Shown here in pieces: positions 9,958-18,119 of a stretch of DNA of 48,891 nt. Each line of letters starts with the position of its first letter. Position 1 is the stretch's first letter. A model generated the notes under the pieces. That model worked only from the letters and a program-made list of their open reading frames with translations, did not search any database and had not been told where the DNA came from. The stretch is taken from positions 1-48,891 of the forward strand of contig JBILQA010000001.1 in the NCBI GenBank assembly GCA_044373535.1, read 5' to 3'. Made by a program: the position numbers and the translations under genes. The stretch comes from Akkermansiaceae bacterium. GTDB lineage: Bacteria > Verrucomicrobiota > Verrucomicrobiia > Verrucomicrobiales > Akkermansiaceae.

Positions 9958-10905
9958 ATGTCTGCCCGAACAAAACTACTCATCACCGGCCCGCGAGGGA
10001 TGGTTGGCTCGGCGCTCATCCGCGCGGCGGAGGCGGCGGGAAGCTTCGACCTGTTGACGCCGGACCGGCGGGCGCTGGACCTGCTAGATCAGGCGGCCGT
10101 CGCCGGTTACCTCCAGCGGGAGCGGCCGGAGGTGCTCGTGATAGCCGCGGCGAAGGTGGGCGGGATCCACGCGAACAACACGTTTCCCGCGGAGTTTCTC
10201 TACGAGAACCTCATGATCGCGGCCAACCTGGTGCACGGAGCGTACCGTGCGGGGGTGGGGCGGGTGTTGTTCTTGGGGAGCTCATGCATCTATCCAAAGT
10301 TCGCGCCCCAGCCGATGCCCGAGGACTGCCTGCTGACCAGTGAGCTTGAGCCAACCAACGAGGCCTACGCGGTGGCCAAGATCGCCGGCCTGAAATTGTG
10401 CCAGTACTACCGCAAGCAGTACGGAGTGGCCTACCACTCGGCAATGCCAACCAACCTCTACGGGCCGGGCGACAACTACCACGCGGAGAACTCGCATGTG
10501 ATTCCCGCGATGATCCGGCGCTTCCATGAGGCCAGGGAGCGCGGTGACGCGAGCGTGGCCATCTGGGGCAGCGGGACGCCACGGCGCGAGTTCCTGCACG
10601 TCGACGACCTCGCGGCGGCCTGCCTGCACCTGCTGGGGCTGGCGGACCCGCCTGACTGGGTGAACGTCGGAACTGGCGAGGACATCACCATCCGCGAGCT
10701 CGCCGAACGCGTTGCCCAAACCGTCGGGTTCACCGGCGCGATCACCACCGATGCGTCAAAGCCCGACGGGACGCCGCGCAAGCTGTTGGACATCGGGCGC
10801 ATCAAGGCGACCGGCTGGACGCCGCGGATTGGCCTGGCCGAAGGGCTAGCCGCGGCCTATCAGGATTTCATGGCCACGCTGGGCACCGCCACGGCCCGGC
10901 TCTAA
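9958..10905 (+). CDS. fcl: GDP-L-fucose synthase (GDP-4-keto-6-deoxymannose 3,5-epimerase/4-reductase)
   Basis: [52 protein letters not shown], and [21 protein letters not shown]. Confidence 0.9.
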   Translation: MSARTKLLITGPRGMVGSALIRAAEAAGSFDLLTPDRRALDLLDQAAVAGYLQRERPEVLVIAAAKVGGIHANNTFPAEFLYENLMIAANLVHGAYRAGVGRVLFLGSSCIYPKFAPQPMPEDCLLTSELEPTNEAYAVAKIAGLKLCQYYRKQYGVAYHSAMPTNLYGPGDNYHAENSHVIPAMIRRFHEARERGDASVAIWGSGTPRREFLHVDDLAAACLHLLGLADPPDWVNVGTGEDITIRELAERVAQTVGFTGAITTDASKPDGTPRKLLDIGRIKATGWTPRIGLAEGLAAAYQDFMATLGTATARL

Positions 10906-10924
10906 CGCCAGCAGGCGCGCGACG

Positions 10925-11416
10925 ATGGAAGCCCGTAGTGTTAGAACCGTGACCCAGGCGCTCAACGAGGCGGGGGTGCGGTATTATTTTGTGGGCGGCT
11001 TTGCGGTCAACGCGCACGGGTACGTGCGGATGACGCGGGATCTCGACTTGGTCATCGCGTTGGAGCGTGGGAACTTGCTGCGCGGGATTGAAGCGTTGGC
11101 GGCCCACGGCTACCAGATGGCGATTCCGGCGACGGCGGAGGAGTTTGCCGACGCGGAGACGCGCGAGCGCTGGCGCAAGGAAAAGGGCATGTTGGTGTTG
11201 AAGCTCTGGAGTGATGCCCATCAGCGCACGCCGATTGACGTGCTCACCTACGAGCCCTTCGATTTTGATCTCGAGGGCCCGCGCGGGATGCTCATGGAGG
11301 TGGCCCCTGGGGTGGCCGCGCCGATTGTCTCGCTCGAGACGCTCATCGCGATGAAGAGGCACGCCGGGCGCCCGCACGACTTGATTGACATTGAGGAACT
11401 TACCCGCATCGCATGA
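10925..11416 (+). CDS. Pol-beta-superfamily minimal nucleotidyltransferase-like protein
   Basis: VGGFAVNAHGYVRMTRDLDLVI fits the hG[GS]-x9-13-DxD NTase signature. The C-terminus SLETLIAMKRHAGRPHDLIDIEEL is typical of small stand-alone NTases. Confidence 0.6.
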   Translation: MEARSVRTVTQALNEAGVRYYFVGGFAVNAHGYVRMTRDLDLVIALERGNLLRGIEALAAHGYQMAIPATAEEFADAETRERWRKEKGMLVLKLWSDAHQRTPIDVLTYEPFDFDLEGPRGMLMEVAPGVAAPIVSLETLIAMKRHAGRPHDLIDIEELTRIA

Positions 11417-11616
11417 AGCCGTTTCCGACCTATGCCCCGGACTGGCGATGGGGGACGGCCGAGGGGAGCCGTGAGTTTGACCGCCAAGTCGACCGCGCCA
11501 TGACGCTGGCGGACAAGATCCAATGGCTTGAAGAGGCCGAAACGCTTGTGCTTATGATGCACCTGCAGCGGCGCCCGGCGGGGGCGCCAGACGCGTCAAA
11601 CGCGAAGACTTTCTGA
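11413..11616 (+). CDS. small hypothetical protein (67 aa) coupled to the nucleotidyltransferase
   Basis: Its ATG overlaps the NTase stop (ATGA at 11413-11416). No recognisable motif. It ends 8 nt before gmd. Confidence 0.4.
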   Translation: MKPFPTYAPDWRWGTAEGSREFDRQVDRAMTLADKIQWLEEAETLVLMMHLQRRPAGAPDASNAKTF

Positions 11617-11624
11617 CCACCACT

Positions 11625-12740
11625 ATGAAACGCGCCCTTATCACCGGTATCACCGGCCAAGACGGATCCTATCTCGCCGAGCTGCTTTTGGAAAAAGGCT
11701 ACGAGGTCCACGGCATCAAACGCCGGGCATCGATGTTCAACACCCAACGGGTAGACCACATCTATGAGGATCCGCATGTCGAGCATGCGCGTTTCCGCCT
11801 GCACTACGGGGATCTATCAGACACGTCGAACCTGACGCGCATCATCGCGGAGACCCAGCCCGACGAGGTGTACAACTTGGGTGCGCAGTCGCACGTGGCG
11901 GTGTCCTTCGAGGCGCCGGAGTACACGGCGGATGTCGACGGGATGGGCACGCTGCGGCTGCTTGAGGCAATCCGCTTCCTCGGGATGGAGAAGAAGACGC
12001 GCTTTTATCAGGCGTCGACGTCCGAGCTTTACGGGCTGGTGCAGGAGATTCCGCAGCGCGAGACGACACCGTTCCACCCGCGCTCGCCATACGCGGTGGC
12101 CAAGATGTACGCGTACTGGATCACGGTGAACTACCGTGAGGCGTACGGGATGTACGCGTGCAACGGGATCTTGTTCAACCACGAGTCGCCGCGGCGGGGC
12201 GAGACGTTCGTGACGCGCAAGATCACGCGCGGCTTAGCGAACATCGCGCAGGGATTGGAAAGCTGCCTGTTCCTGGGCAACATGGATGCGCTGCGCGACT
12301 GGGGCCACGCCAAGGACTACGTGCGCATGCAGTGGATGATGCTCCAACAGGACAAGCCGGATGACTTTGTCATCGCCACGGGCAAACAGATTTCCGTGCG
12401 CGAGTTTGTGCGCATGTCTGCGCGGTTTGCCGGCATCGAACTGGAGTTCTCCGGTGTCGGCACCGGCGAGATCGCCACGGTGGCCAGTGTGGACGCGGAG
12501 AAGGCGCCCGCGGTGGCGGTGGGTGATGTGGTGGTGCGCATTGACCCGCGCTACTTCCGTCCGGCGGAGGTCGAGACCCTGCTGGGTGATCCAACCAAGG
12601 CCAAGGAGCTGCTAGGCTGGGTGCCCGAGATCAGCGTAGAGGAAATGTGCGAGGAGATGGTGGCCCACGACATGGACAGCGCCAAGCGCCACGCGCTGCT
12701 AAAGGCGCATGGCCACCACATCTCGGTAGCCAAGGAGTGA
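11625..12740 (+). CDS. gmd: GDP-mannose 4,6-dehydratase (long form)
   Basis: [45 protein letters not shown], and [16 protein letters not shown]. Confidence 0.95.
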   Translation: MKRALITGITGQDGSYLAELLLEKGYEVHGIKRRASMFNTQRVDHIYEDPHVEHARFRLHYGDLSDTSNLTRIIAETQPDEVYNLGAQSHVAVSFEAPEYTADVDGMGTLRLLEAIRFLGMEKKTRFYQASTSELYGLVQEIPQRETTPFHPRSPYAVAKMYAYWITVNYREAYGMYACNGILFNHESPRRGETFVTRKITRGLANIAQGLESCLFLGNMDALRDWGHAKDYVRMQWMMLQQDKPDDFVIATGKQISVREFVRMSARFAGIELEFSGVGTGEIATVASVDAEKAPAVAVGDVVVRIDPRYFRPAEVETLLGDPTKAKELLGWVPEISVEEMCEEMVAHDMDSAKRHALLKAHGHHISVAKE

Positions 12741-12808
12741 CACGCGTCGAGGCGCCCGCAGGACGGTTTGCTACCGTGGCTCGGTGGACCTGAATTTTCC
12801 GCTCCACA

Positions 12809-13567
12809 GTGCAAAACGTACCCGTCATTGGCCTGCCTGTGGCTGTGGGGGACTACGCCGCGGCGGTGGCGTGGTGCCTGAGCAAAGCGCGGGCGGGCGA
12901 CCGGGCGTACGCGGTGGCCGCGGCCAACACGCACGTGGCAGCCTTGGCGCGCAGTGACGCGGCCTTCGCGGCGAGCATGGCGCAGTTTGACTTGATCTGT
13001 GCGGACGGCATGCCGCTGGTGTGGGCGATCAACGCGACGCTGCCGGCGCCGCGGCGCATGCGCGACCGGGTGTACGGGCCGACCTTGATGCTGCGCGTGC
13101 TGGAGGCGGCAAGCGCGGAGAGCGGAGGCCGGCACTTTCTGCTAGGCGGGACGCCTGCGATGTTGGGGAAGCTGCGCGCCAAGTTAGGCGAGAGGTTTCC
13201 CGCGACGTGCATCGTGGGAGCCTATGCGCCGCCGTTTGGCGAGTGGCCGGCGGACGAGTTTGAGCGCATCCGCGGGCAACTCGAGAGCAGCGGAGCGAAC
13301 TTCGTCTGGGTGGGTCTTGGCTGTCCAAAGCAGGAGCACTGGATTGCGCGGCACAAGGCCCAGCTGCCCGCGGCCGTTTACTTCGGGATTGGCGCGGCCT
13401 TTGCCTTTCATGCCGGCGAACTCGCGCAGGCGCCAGCGGTCATGCAGCGCCTCGGGCTTGAGTGGGCCTTCCGGCTTGCGCGCGAGCCGCGGCGGCTGCT
13501 GCGCCGGTACCTGACGTTCAACTCGTTGTTTCTCTACCACGTAGTCCGCGAGCGGATGCGCGATTGA
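12809..13567 (+). CDS. WecB/TagA/CpsF-family glycosyltransferase (GT26)
   Basis: GTG start. ADGMPLVWA, GLGCPKQEHWIARH, GIGAAFAFHAG, and LEWAFRLAREPRRLLRRYL. Confidence 0.85.
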   Translation: MQNVPVIGLPVAVGDYAAAVAWCLSKARAGDRAYAVAAANTHVAALARSDAAFAASMAQFDLICADGMPLVWAINATLPAPRRMRDRVYGPTLMLRVLEAASAESGGRHFLLGGTPAMLGKLRAKLGERFPATCIVGAYAPPFGEWPADEFERIRGQLESSGANFVWVGLGCPKQEHWIARHKAQLPAAVYFGIGAAFAFHAGELAQAPAVMQRLGLEWAFRLAREPRRLLRRYLTFNSLFLYHVVRERMRD

Positions 13568-13661
13568 GATTTCCGCGCGCCTCGGCGAGAGTTGGCCGCG
13601 GCGGCCGGCTAAGCCGCCCGATAGTCCCTGAAGCCCCCTCCGCCCGCCGAAAAAAACCTCC

Positions 13662-14258
13662 ATGCCAGCCCACATCCACCCCGAGTTCCACCGGTTTCTG
13701 AACCGCTTCGACAAGGAGCGCCTGCTCAAGCAGCGCGGCGCCGTGGTCTGGCTCTGCGGCCTGTCGGGCTCTGGAAAGTCAACCATTGCCAACGAGGCCG
13801 AGCGCGTCCTCCACCAGCAGGGGCGCATGACGACCATCCTGGATGGCGACAACCTGCGCACCGGCCTGAACGCCAACCTCGGGTTTTCCGACATCGAGCG
13901 CCTCGAGAACGTCCGCCGCGCCGCGGAGGTCGCCAAGCTTTTCGTCGACCAGGGAGTCATCACCTTTGTCTCGCTCATCACCCCGCACGGCGTCCTGCGC
14001 GACCTCGCACGCGGCATCCTCGGATCCGACCTGCTGGAAGTCTACGTCAAGGCAAGCTTCCAGACCTGTGCCGTGCGCGACGTCAAAGGCCTCTACGCCA
14101 AGGCACGCGCCGGGGAAATCGCCGACTTCACCGGCAAGGACAGCCCCTTTGAGGAACCCCTGCACGCCGACCTCGTCCTCAACACGGAAACCCTCAGCCT
14201 CTCGGACTGCGTCATCGAGCTCGTCGAGGCCCTCCAGCAACGCATCGAGCCGGCTTGA
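13662..14258 (+). CDS. cysC: adenylylsulfate (APS) kinase
   Basis: P-loop WLCGLSGSGKSTIA, DGDNLRTGLNANLGFS, and VRDVKGLYAKARAGEIADFTG. Confidence 0.93.
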   Translation: MPAHIHPEFHRFLNRFDKERLLKQRGAVVWLCGLSGSGKSTIANEAERVLHQQGRMTTILDGDNLRTGLNANLGFSDIERLENVRRAAEVAKLFVDQGVITFVSLITPHGVLRDLARGILGSDLLEVYVKASFQTCAVRDVKGLYAKARAGEIADFTGKDSPFEEPLHADLVLNTETLSLSDCVIELVEALQQRIEPA

Positions 14259-14465
14259 GCATAAACTAGAATCCCTTGCCCGGGCGAAAACATTAGTAAC
14301 CTGCCCAACAAGGTAATTATTACTTGCGGGGCGCGCCATTTCCGTTAGGTTGCGCCGCGCCGGGCAGCGGCGAGGGTGGCTGCGCAGGGCGCCACCACGG
14401 CGCGCGCACGGCGAGCAGCAAGAACCTAATCGCCTTCGAGATTTTCATTCCGAGCACTTTTCCCC

Positions 14466-15371
14466 ATGGCCGACTACCAGCTTTCCCACCTTGACCAGTT
14501 AGAGGCCGAGGCGATTTTCATTTTGCGTGAGACCGCGGCGCAGTTTCAGAACGCGGCGTTGTTGTTTTCCGGCGGGAAGGACTCGATCGTGATGGCGCAT
14601 TTGGCGCGCAAGGCGTTCTGGCCGGCGAAATTGCCGTTTCCGCTGCTGCACGTCGACACGGGCCACAACTTTCCCGAGACAATCGAGTACCGCGACCGCT
14701 ACGCGGAGGACCTCGGAGCGCGCCTGGTGATCGGCTCGGTCCAACAGTCCATCGACGACGGGCGGGTGGCCGAGGAAAAGGGACTGGATGCGTCGCGCAA
14801 CCGGCTGCAGACCGTAACGTTGTTAGACACCATCGAGCAGCACCAGTTTGACGCGTGCCTGGGTGGCGGCAGGCGCGACGAGGAGAAGGCGCGGGCGAAG
14901 GAGCGGTTTTTCTCCCACCGGGATGATTTTGGCCAGTGGGACCCGAAGAACCAGCGGCCCGAGCTGTGGAACCTGTTCAACGGGCGGCGCCACCAGGGCG
15001 AGCACTTTCGGATTTTCCCGCTGTCTAACTTCACCGAGATGGACGTGTGGATGTACATGCAGCGCGAGGAGATCGTGCTGCCGAGCCTGTACTACGCGCA
15101 TGAGCGCGAGGTGGTGGTGCGCAACGGGGTGATTTTGGCGGTGAGTGAGTTTGTCGAGCCGCGGGCCGGCGAGGTGGTCGAAACCCGCTGGATCCGTTTC
15201 CGCACGATGGGCGACGCGACCATCACCGGGGCGATCGAAAGCCGCGCTGACACCATGGAGAGCATCATCGAGGAGGTGGCCGCCGCGCGCCAGACCGAAC
15301 GCGGTAACCGCACCGACGACAAGCGCTCGGAGACGTCGATGGAAGATCGGAAAAAGGAGGGATATTTTTAG
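14466..15371 (+). CDS. cysD: sulfate adenylyltransferase subunit 2
   Basis: PP-loop FSGGKDS, HVDTGHNFPE, and the C-terminus EDRKKEGYF typical of CysD. Confidence 0.95.
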   Translation: MADYQLSHLDQLEAEAIFILRETAAQFQNAALLFSGGKDSIVMAHLARKAFWPAKLPFPLLHVDTGHNFPETIEYRDRYAEDLGARLVIGSVQQSIDDGRVAEEKGLDASRNRLQTVTLLDTIEQHQFDACLGGGRRDEEKARAKERFFSHRDDFGQWDPKNQRPELWNLFNGRRHQGEHFRIFPLSNFTEMDVWMYMQREEIVLPSLYYAHEREVVVRNGVILAVSEFVEPRAGEVVETRWIRFRTMGDATITGAIESRADTMESIIEEVAAARQTERGNRTDDKRSETSMEDRKKEGYF

Positions 15372-15372
15372 G

Positions 15373-15392
15373 GAGTCGAAGGTCTGAAAGTC
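15373..15392. repeat. left arm of the 20-nt inverted repeat flanking the four-helix-bundle ORF
   Basis: GAGTCGAAGGTCTGAAAGTC starts 1 nt after the cysD stop. GTCGAAGGTC recurs at 15399-15408. Confidence 0.85.
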
Positions 15393-15412
15393 AAAAAAGT
15401 CGAAGGTCGTGA

Positions 15413-15787
15413 ATGCGGGACATTATGAAGGCGGAAAGATTTGAAGATTTGAGGATTTGGCAGAGTGCAAGACTCCAGGCAGCGCGGCTCTATGGCGTGT
15501 TTGGAGTGGGCACCCCTGCGGCGAAAGATTTCGGATTTCGGGACCAGATTCAGCGCTGCGCCGTTTCGGTGATGAACAACATCGCTGAAGGATTTGAACG
15601 CCAATCCGATCCGGACTTTGCACGCTTTCTCAACATCGCCAAGGGGTCCAACGGCGAGGTGCGCAGCATGCTGTTTCTAGCAGAGGACCTTTCCTCTATT
15701 GATGCTCCGACAGCTACGGGAATGCGCCATCGAAGCGAGGACCTCAGCCGTGGAATCCAGACTCTCTCCAGCTATCTCCGGCACTAG
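15413..15787 (+). CDS. four-helix-bundle protein (23S rRNA intervening-sequence protein / S23p / Avd-like family)
   Basis: FEDLRIWQSARLQAARLY, FRDQIQRCAVSVMNNIAEGFERQSDPDFARFLNIAKGSNGEVRSMLFLA is the hallmark pattern of this family. 124 aa (or start at MKAERF, 15425). Confidence 0.85.
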   Translation: MRDIMKAERFEDLRIWQSARLQAARLYGVFGVGTPAAKDFGFRDQIQRCAVSVMNNIAEGFERQSDPDFARFLNIAKGSNGEVRSMLFLAEDLSSIDAPTATGMRHRSEDLSRGIQTLSSYLRH

Positions 15788-15819
15788 CCGCTCCCCACTT
15801 TCAGACCTTAAGACCTTAA

Positions 15820-15839
15820 GACTTTCAGACTTTCGACTC
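15820..15839. repeat. right arm of the 20-nt inverted repeat
   Basis: GACTTTCAGACTTTCGACTC is the reverse complement of the left arm at 19/20 positions. The single difference gives a G-U pair in RNA. ACTTTCAGAC also occurs at 15797-15806, and there is a tandem ACCTTAAG x2 between the two copies. The arm ends 9 nt before the cysN ATG. Confidence 0.85.
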
Positions 15840-15848
15840 ATCCCTCTC

Positions 15849-17093
15849 ATGGATCTTCTTCGCTTTACCACTGCCGGCTCGGTTGACGACGGCAAATCGA
15901 CGCTTATCGGCCGCTTGTTGTACGACTCGAAATCGATTTTCGAGGACCAGTTAGAGGCGATCGAGGAGAGCTCGCGCAAGCGCGGGGACGAGCATGTGAA
16001 CCTCGCCCTGCTGACGGATGGGTTGAAGGCAGAGCGCGAGCAGGGGATCACCATTGACGTGGCGTACCGATATTTTGCGACGCCGAAGCGGAAGTTCATC
16101 ATCGCGGACACGCCGGGGCACATCCAGTACACGCGCAACATGGTCACGGGTGCCTCGACGGCGAACCTGGCGATCATCCTGATTGACGCGCGCAAGGGGG
16201 TGATTGAGCAGACAAAGCGCCACTCGTTCATCGCGAACCTCCTGCGTATCCAGCACGTGATCCTCGCGGTGAACAAGATGGACTTGGTCGATTACGACGA
16301 GGCGATCTACAATGGGATTTTGCGCGACTACGAGGCGTTCGCCTCGCGCCTGGACAACATTGTGGACATCACCGCGATCCCGATCTCCGCGCTCAACGGG
16401 GACAACGTGGTGGACCGTTCGCAGAACATGCCGTGGTATCAGGGCCCGTCGCTGCTCTACCACTTGGAGAACGTGTACATCGGGGGCGAGGAAAACCACG
16501 TCGAGGCGCGCTTCCCGGTGCAGTGGGTGATCCGTCCGCAGAGCGATGAGTGGCACGACTTCCGCGGCTACGCGGGGCGTGTGGCCGGTGGGGTTTTCAA
16601 GCCGGGCGATGAAGTGACGGTGCTGCCGTCAGGCTTCACGACGCGCATCAAGGAGATCCACGCGGACAGCAAGACGCTGGCAGAAGCGTTTGCCCCGCAG
16701 TCGGTGTGCATGACCCTGGAGAACGAAATCGACATCTCGCGCGGCGACATGTTGGTCAAGGCGAACAACCCGCCGCGGGTTGGCCAGGACGTTGAGGCAA
16801 TGATTTGTTGGTTCTCGCAGAAACCGATGCCGGCGAAGGCGAAGCTGCTAGTCCGGCACACCACGCGCGACACCAAGGCGATCATCCAAGACCTCAAGTA
16901 CCGTGTGGACATCAACACGCTGCACAAGGTGGAGGCGGTGGAGACGTTGGAGATGAATGAGATTGGCCGCATCACGCTGCGCACCGCGGCGCCGCTGATT
17001 CATGATTCATACCGCCGCAACCGGAGCACCGGCTCGTTCATCCTGGTGGATCCAGGGACGAACGAAACGGTGGCCGCGGGGATGATTATTTGA
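15849..17093 (+). CDS. cysN: sulfate adenylyltransferase subunit 1 (GTPase), not fused to APS kinase
   Basis: Start MDLLRFTTAGSVDDGKSTLIGRLL, then DTPGH and NKMD. About 414 aa. The upstream in-frame extension of the ORF merely reads through the repeat region. Confidence 0.93.
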   Translation: MDLLRFTTAGSVDDGKSTLIGRLLYDSKSIFEDQLEAIEESSRKRGDEHVNLALLTDGLKAEREQGITIDVAYRYFATPKRKFIIADTPGHIQYTRNMVTGASTANLAIILIDARKGVIEQTKRHSFIANLLRIQHVILAVNKMDLVDYDEAIYNGILRDYEAFASRLDNIVDITAIPISALNGDNVVDRSQNMPWYQGPSLLYHLENVYIGGEENHVEARFPVQWVIRPQSDEWHDFRGYAGRVAGGVFKPGDEVTVLPSGFTTRIKEIHADSKTLAEAFAPQSVCMTLENEIDISRGDMLVKANNPPRVGQDVEAMICWFSQKPMPAKAKLLVRHTTRDTKAIIQDLKYRVDINTLHKVEAVETLEMNEIGRITLRTAAPLIHDSYRRNRSTGSFILVDPGTNETVAAGMII

Positions 17094-17168
17094 GGACCGC
17101 GGCGCTAGGCGCGGCTGCTGCGGGAAGCTAAGTGCTACCCTTTCCGCCGTTGATCCATTCACGCCGTT

Positions 17169-17199
17169 GAGCCAGTCAATCTGGCTCGGCCCTATTTTT
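17169..17199 (+). terminator. candidate intrinsic terminator after cysN
   Basis: Hairpin GAGCCAG-TCAAT-CTGGCTC, extendable by G-U pairs, followed by GGCCCTA then TTTTT. The T-run is not immediately adjacent to the stem. Confidence 0.45.
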
Positions 17200-17234
17200 C
17201 GCTGGCCTCAGATCAACCGTAGCTTCAGACCGCA

Positions 17235-18044
17235 ATGAAATCCCTGAGCGAGCACTTAAAGCTCTATCTGAGAACCGTCCTTGCCTGTGCGGGCGCATTT
17301 CCCACCAAGCTCACGGCCCAAGAACGAGTGGCGGAGCTAATTTCCAGGCTTTCCCCAGTGATTGCCCCCAAGGAGTTGATCCGGCTTGGCCCCAATGGTG
17401 ATGGGGGTTATTTGCTGCCGGATGATCTCGATGGGGTTCACGCGTGTTTTTCGCCGGGAGTCAGCTTGATATCGGGGTTTGAGAGAGATTGCGCAGAGCG
17501 CGGGATGAAGGTTTTTCTGGCGGATGGATCTGTTGAGGGCCCGGCAGAAAAGCATGATCTTTTTAAGTTCACGAAAAAGTTCATCGGGGTCACCGCCAAC
17601 GCTGAGTTTGTGACTTTAGACCAGTGGGTTGCTGACTCTGTGGCGGATTCCAGCGCTGACCTGTTGTTGCAGATGGATATCGAGGGCTATGAGTATGAGG
17701 TGCTATTGTCGGCCTCCCAGAGCCTAATGAATAGGTGTAGGATCATTGTGGCGGAATTCCACTCGCTCGAGTTACTGTGGAGCGAGCCGTTCTTCAACTT
17801 AGCTGGTCGGGTGTTTGACAAGATTTTGCAAAGCCACTCGTGTGTGCACCTGCATCCGAACAACCACCACGGATCAGTCAAACGGGGAGGGATCGAAATC
17901 CCACGGATCATGGAGTTCACCTTTCTGCGCAACGACCGCATGGGGCCGAGGCGGCAGCAAGCAATCTTTCCCCATCCCCTTGACTGCGATAACACAGACA
18001 ACGCTACGGTTGTGCTGCCAAAATGCTGGTACTCCGCGGTTTAA
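17235..18044 (+). CDS. FkbM-type (Methyltransf_21/22-like) methyltransferase
   Basis: LGPNGDGGYLLPDDL...CFSPGVSLISGFERDCAERGMKVFLADGSV and LLQMDIEGYEYEVLL match the FkbM-like pattern. The gene is visibly more A/T-rich than its neighbours. Confidence 0.6.
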   Translation: MKSLSEHLKLYLRTVLACAGAFPTKLTAQERVAELISRLSPVIAPKELIRLGPNGDGGYLLPDDLDGVHACFSPGVSLISGFERDCAERGMKVFLADGSVEGPAEKHDLFKFTKKFIGVTANAEFVTLDQWVADSVADSSADLLLQMDIEGYEYEVLLSASQSLMNRCRIIVAEFHSLELLWSEPFFNLAGRVFDKILQSHSCVHLHPNNHHGSVKRGGIEIPRIMEFTFLRNDRMGPRRQQAIFPHPLDCDNTDNATVVLPKCWYSAV

Positions 18045-18119
18045 TGTCGCCGCCGGCCTGGCAGCCACGGTTGATGACGCGCGGCGAGTGACAGCCGAGC
18101 GGCCAAGAAGCTCATTAAA

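Noticed and set aside
15413-15787. The four-helix-bundle gene as the Avd component of a diversity-generating retroelement
   Set aside because: No reverse transcriptase ORF, template/variable repeat pair or target gene with a C-terminal variable region is present anywhere in the window. The IVS-like stem architecture explains the context better.
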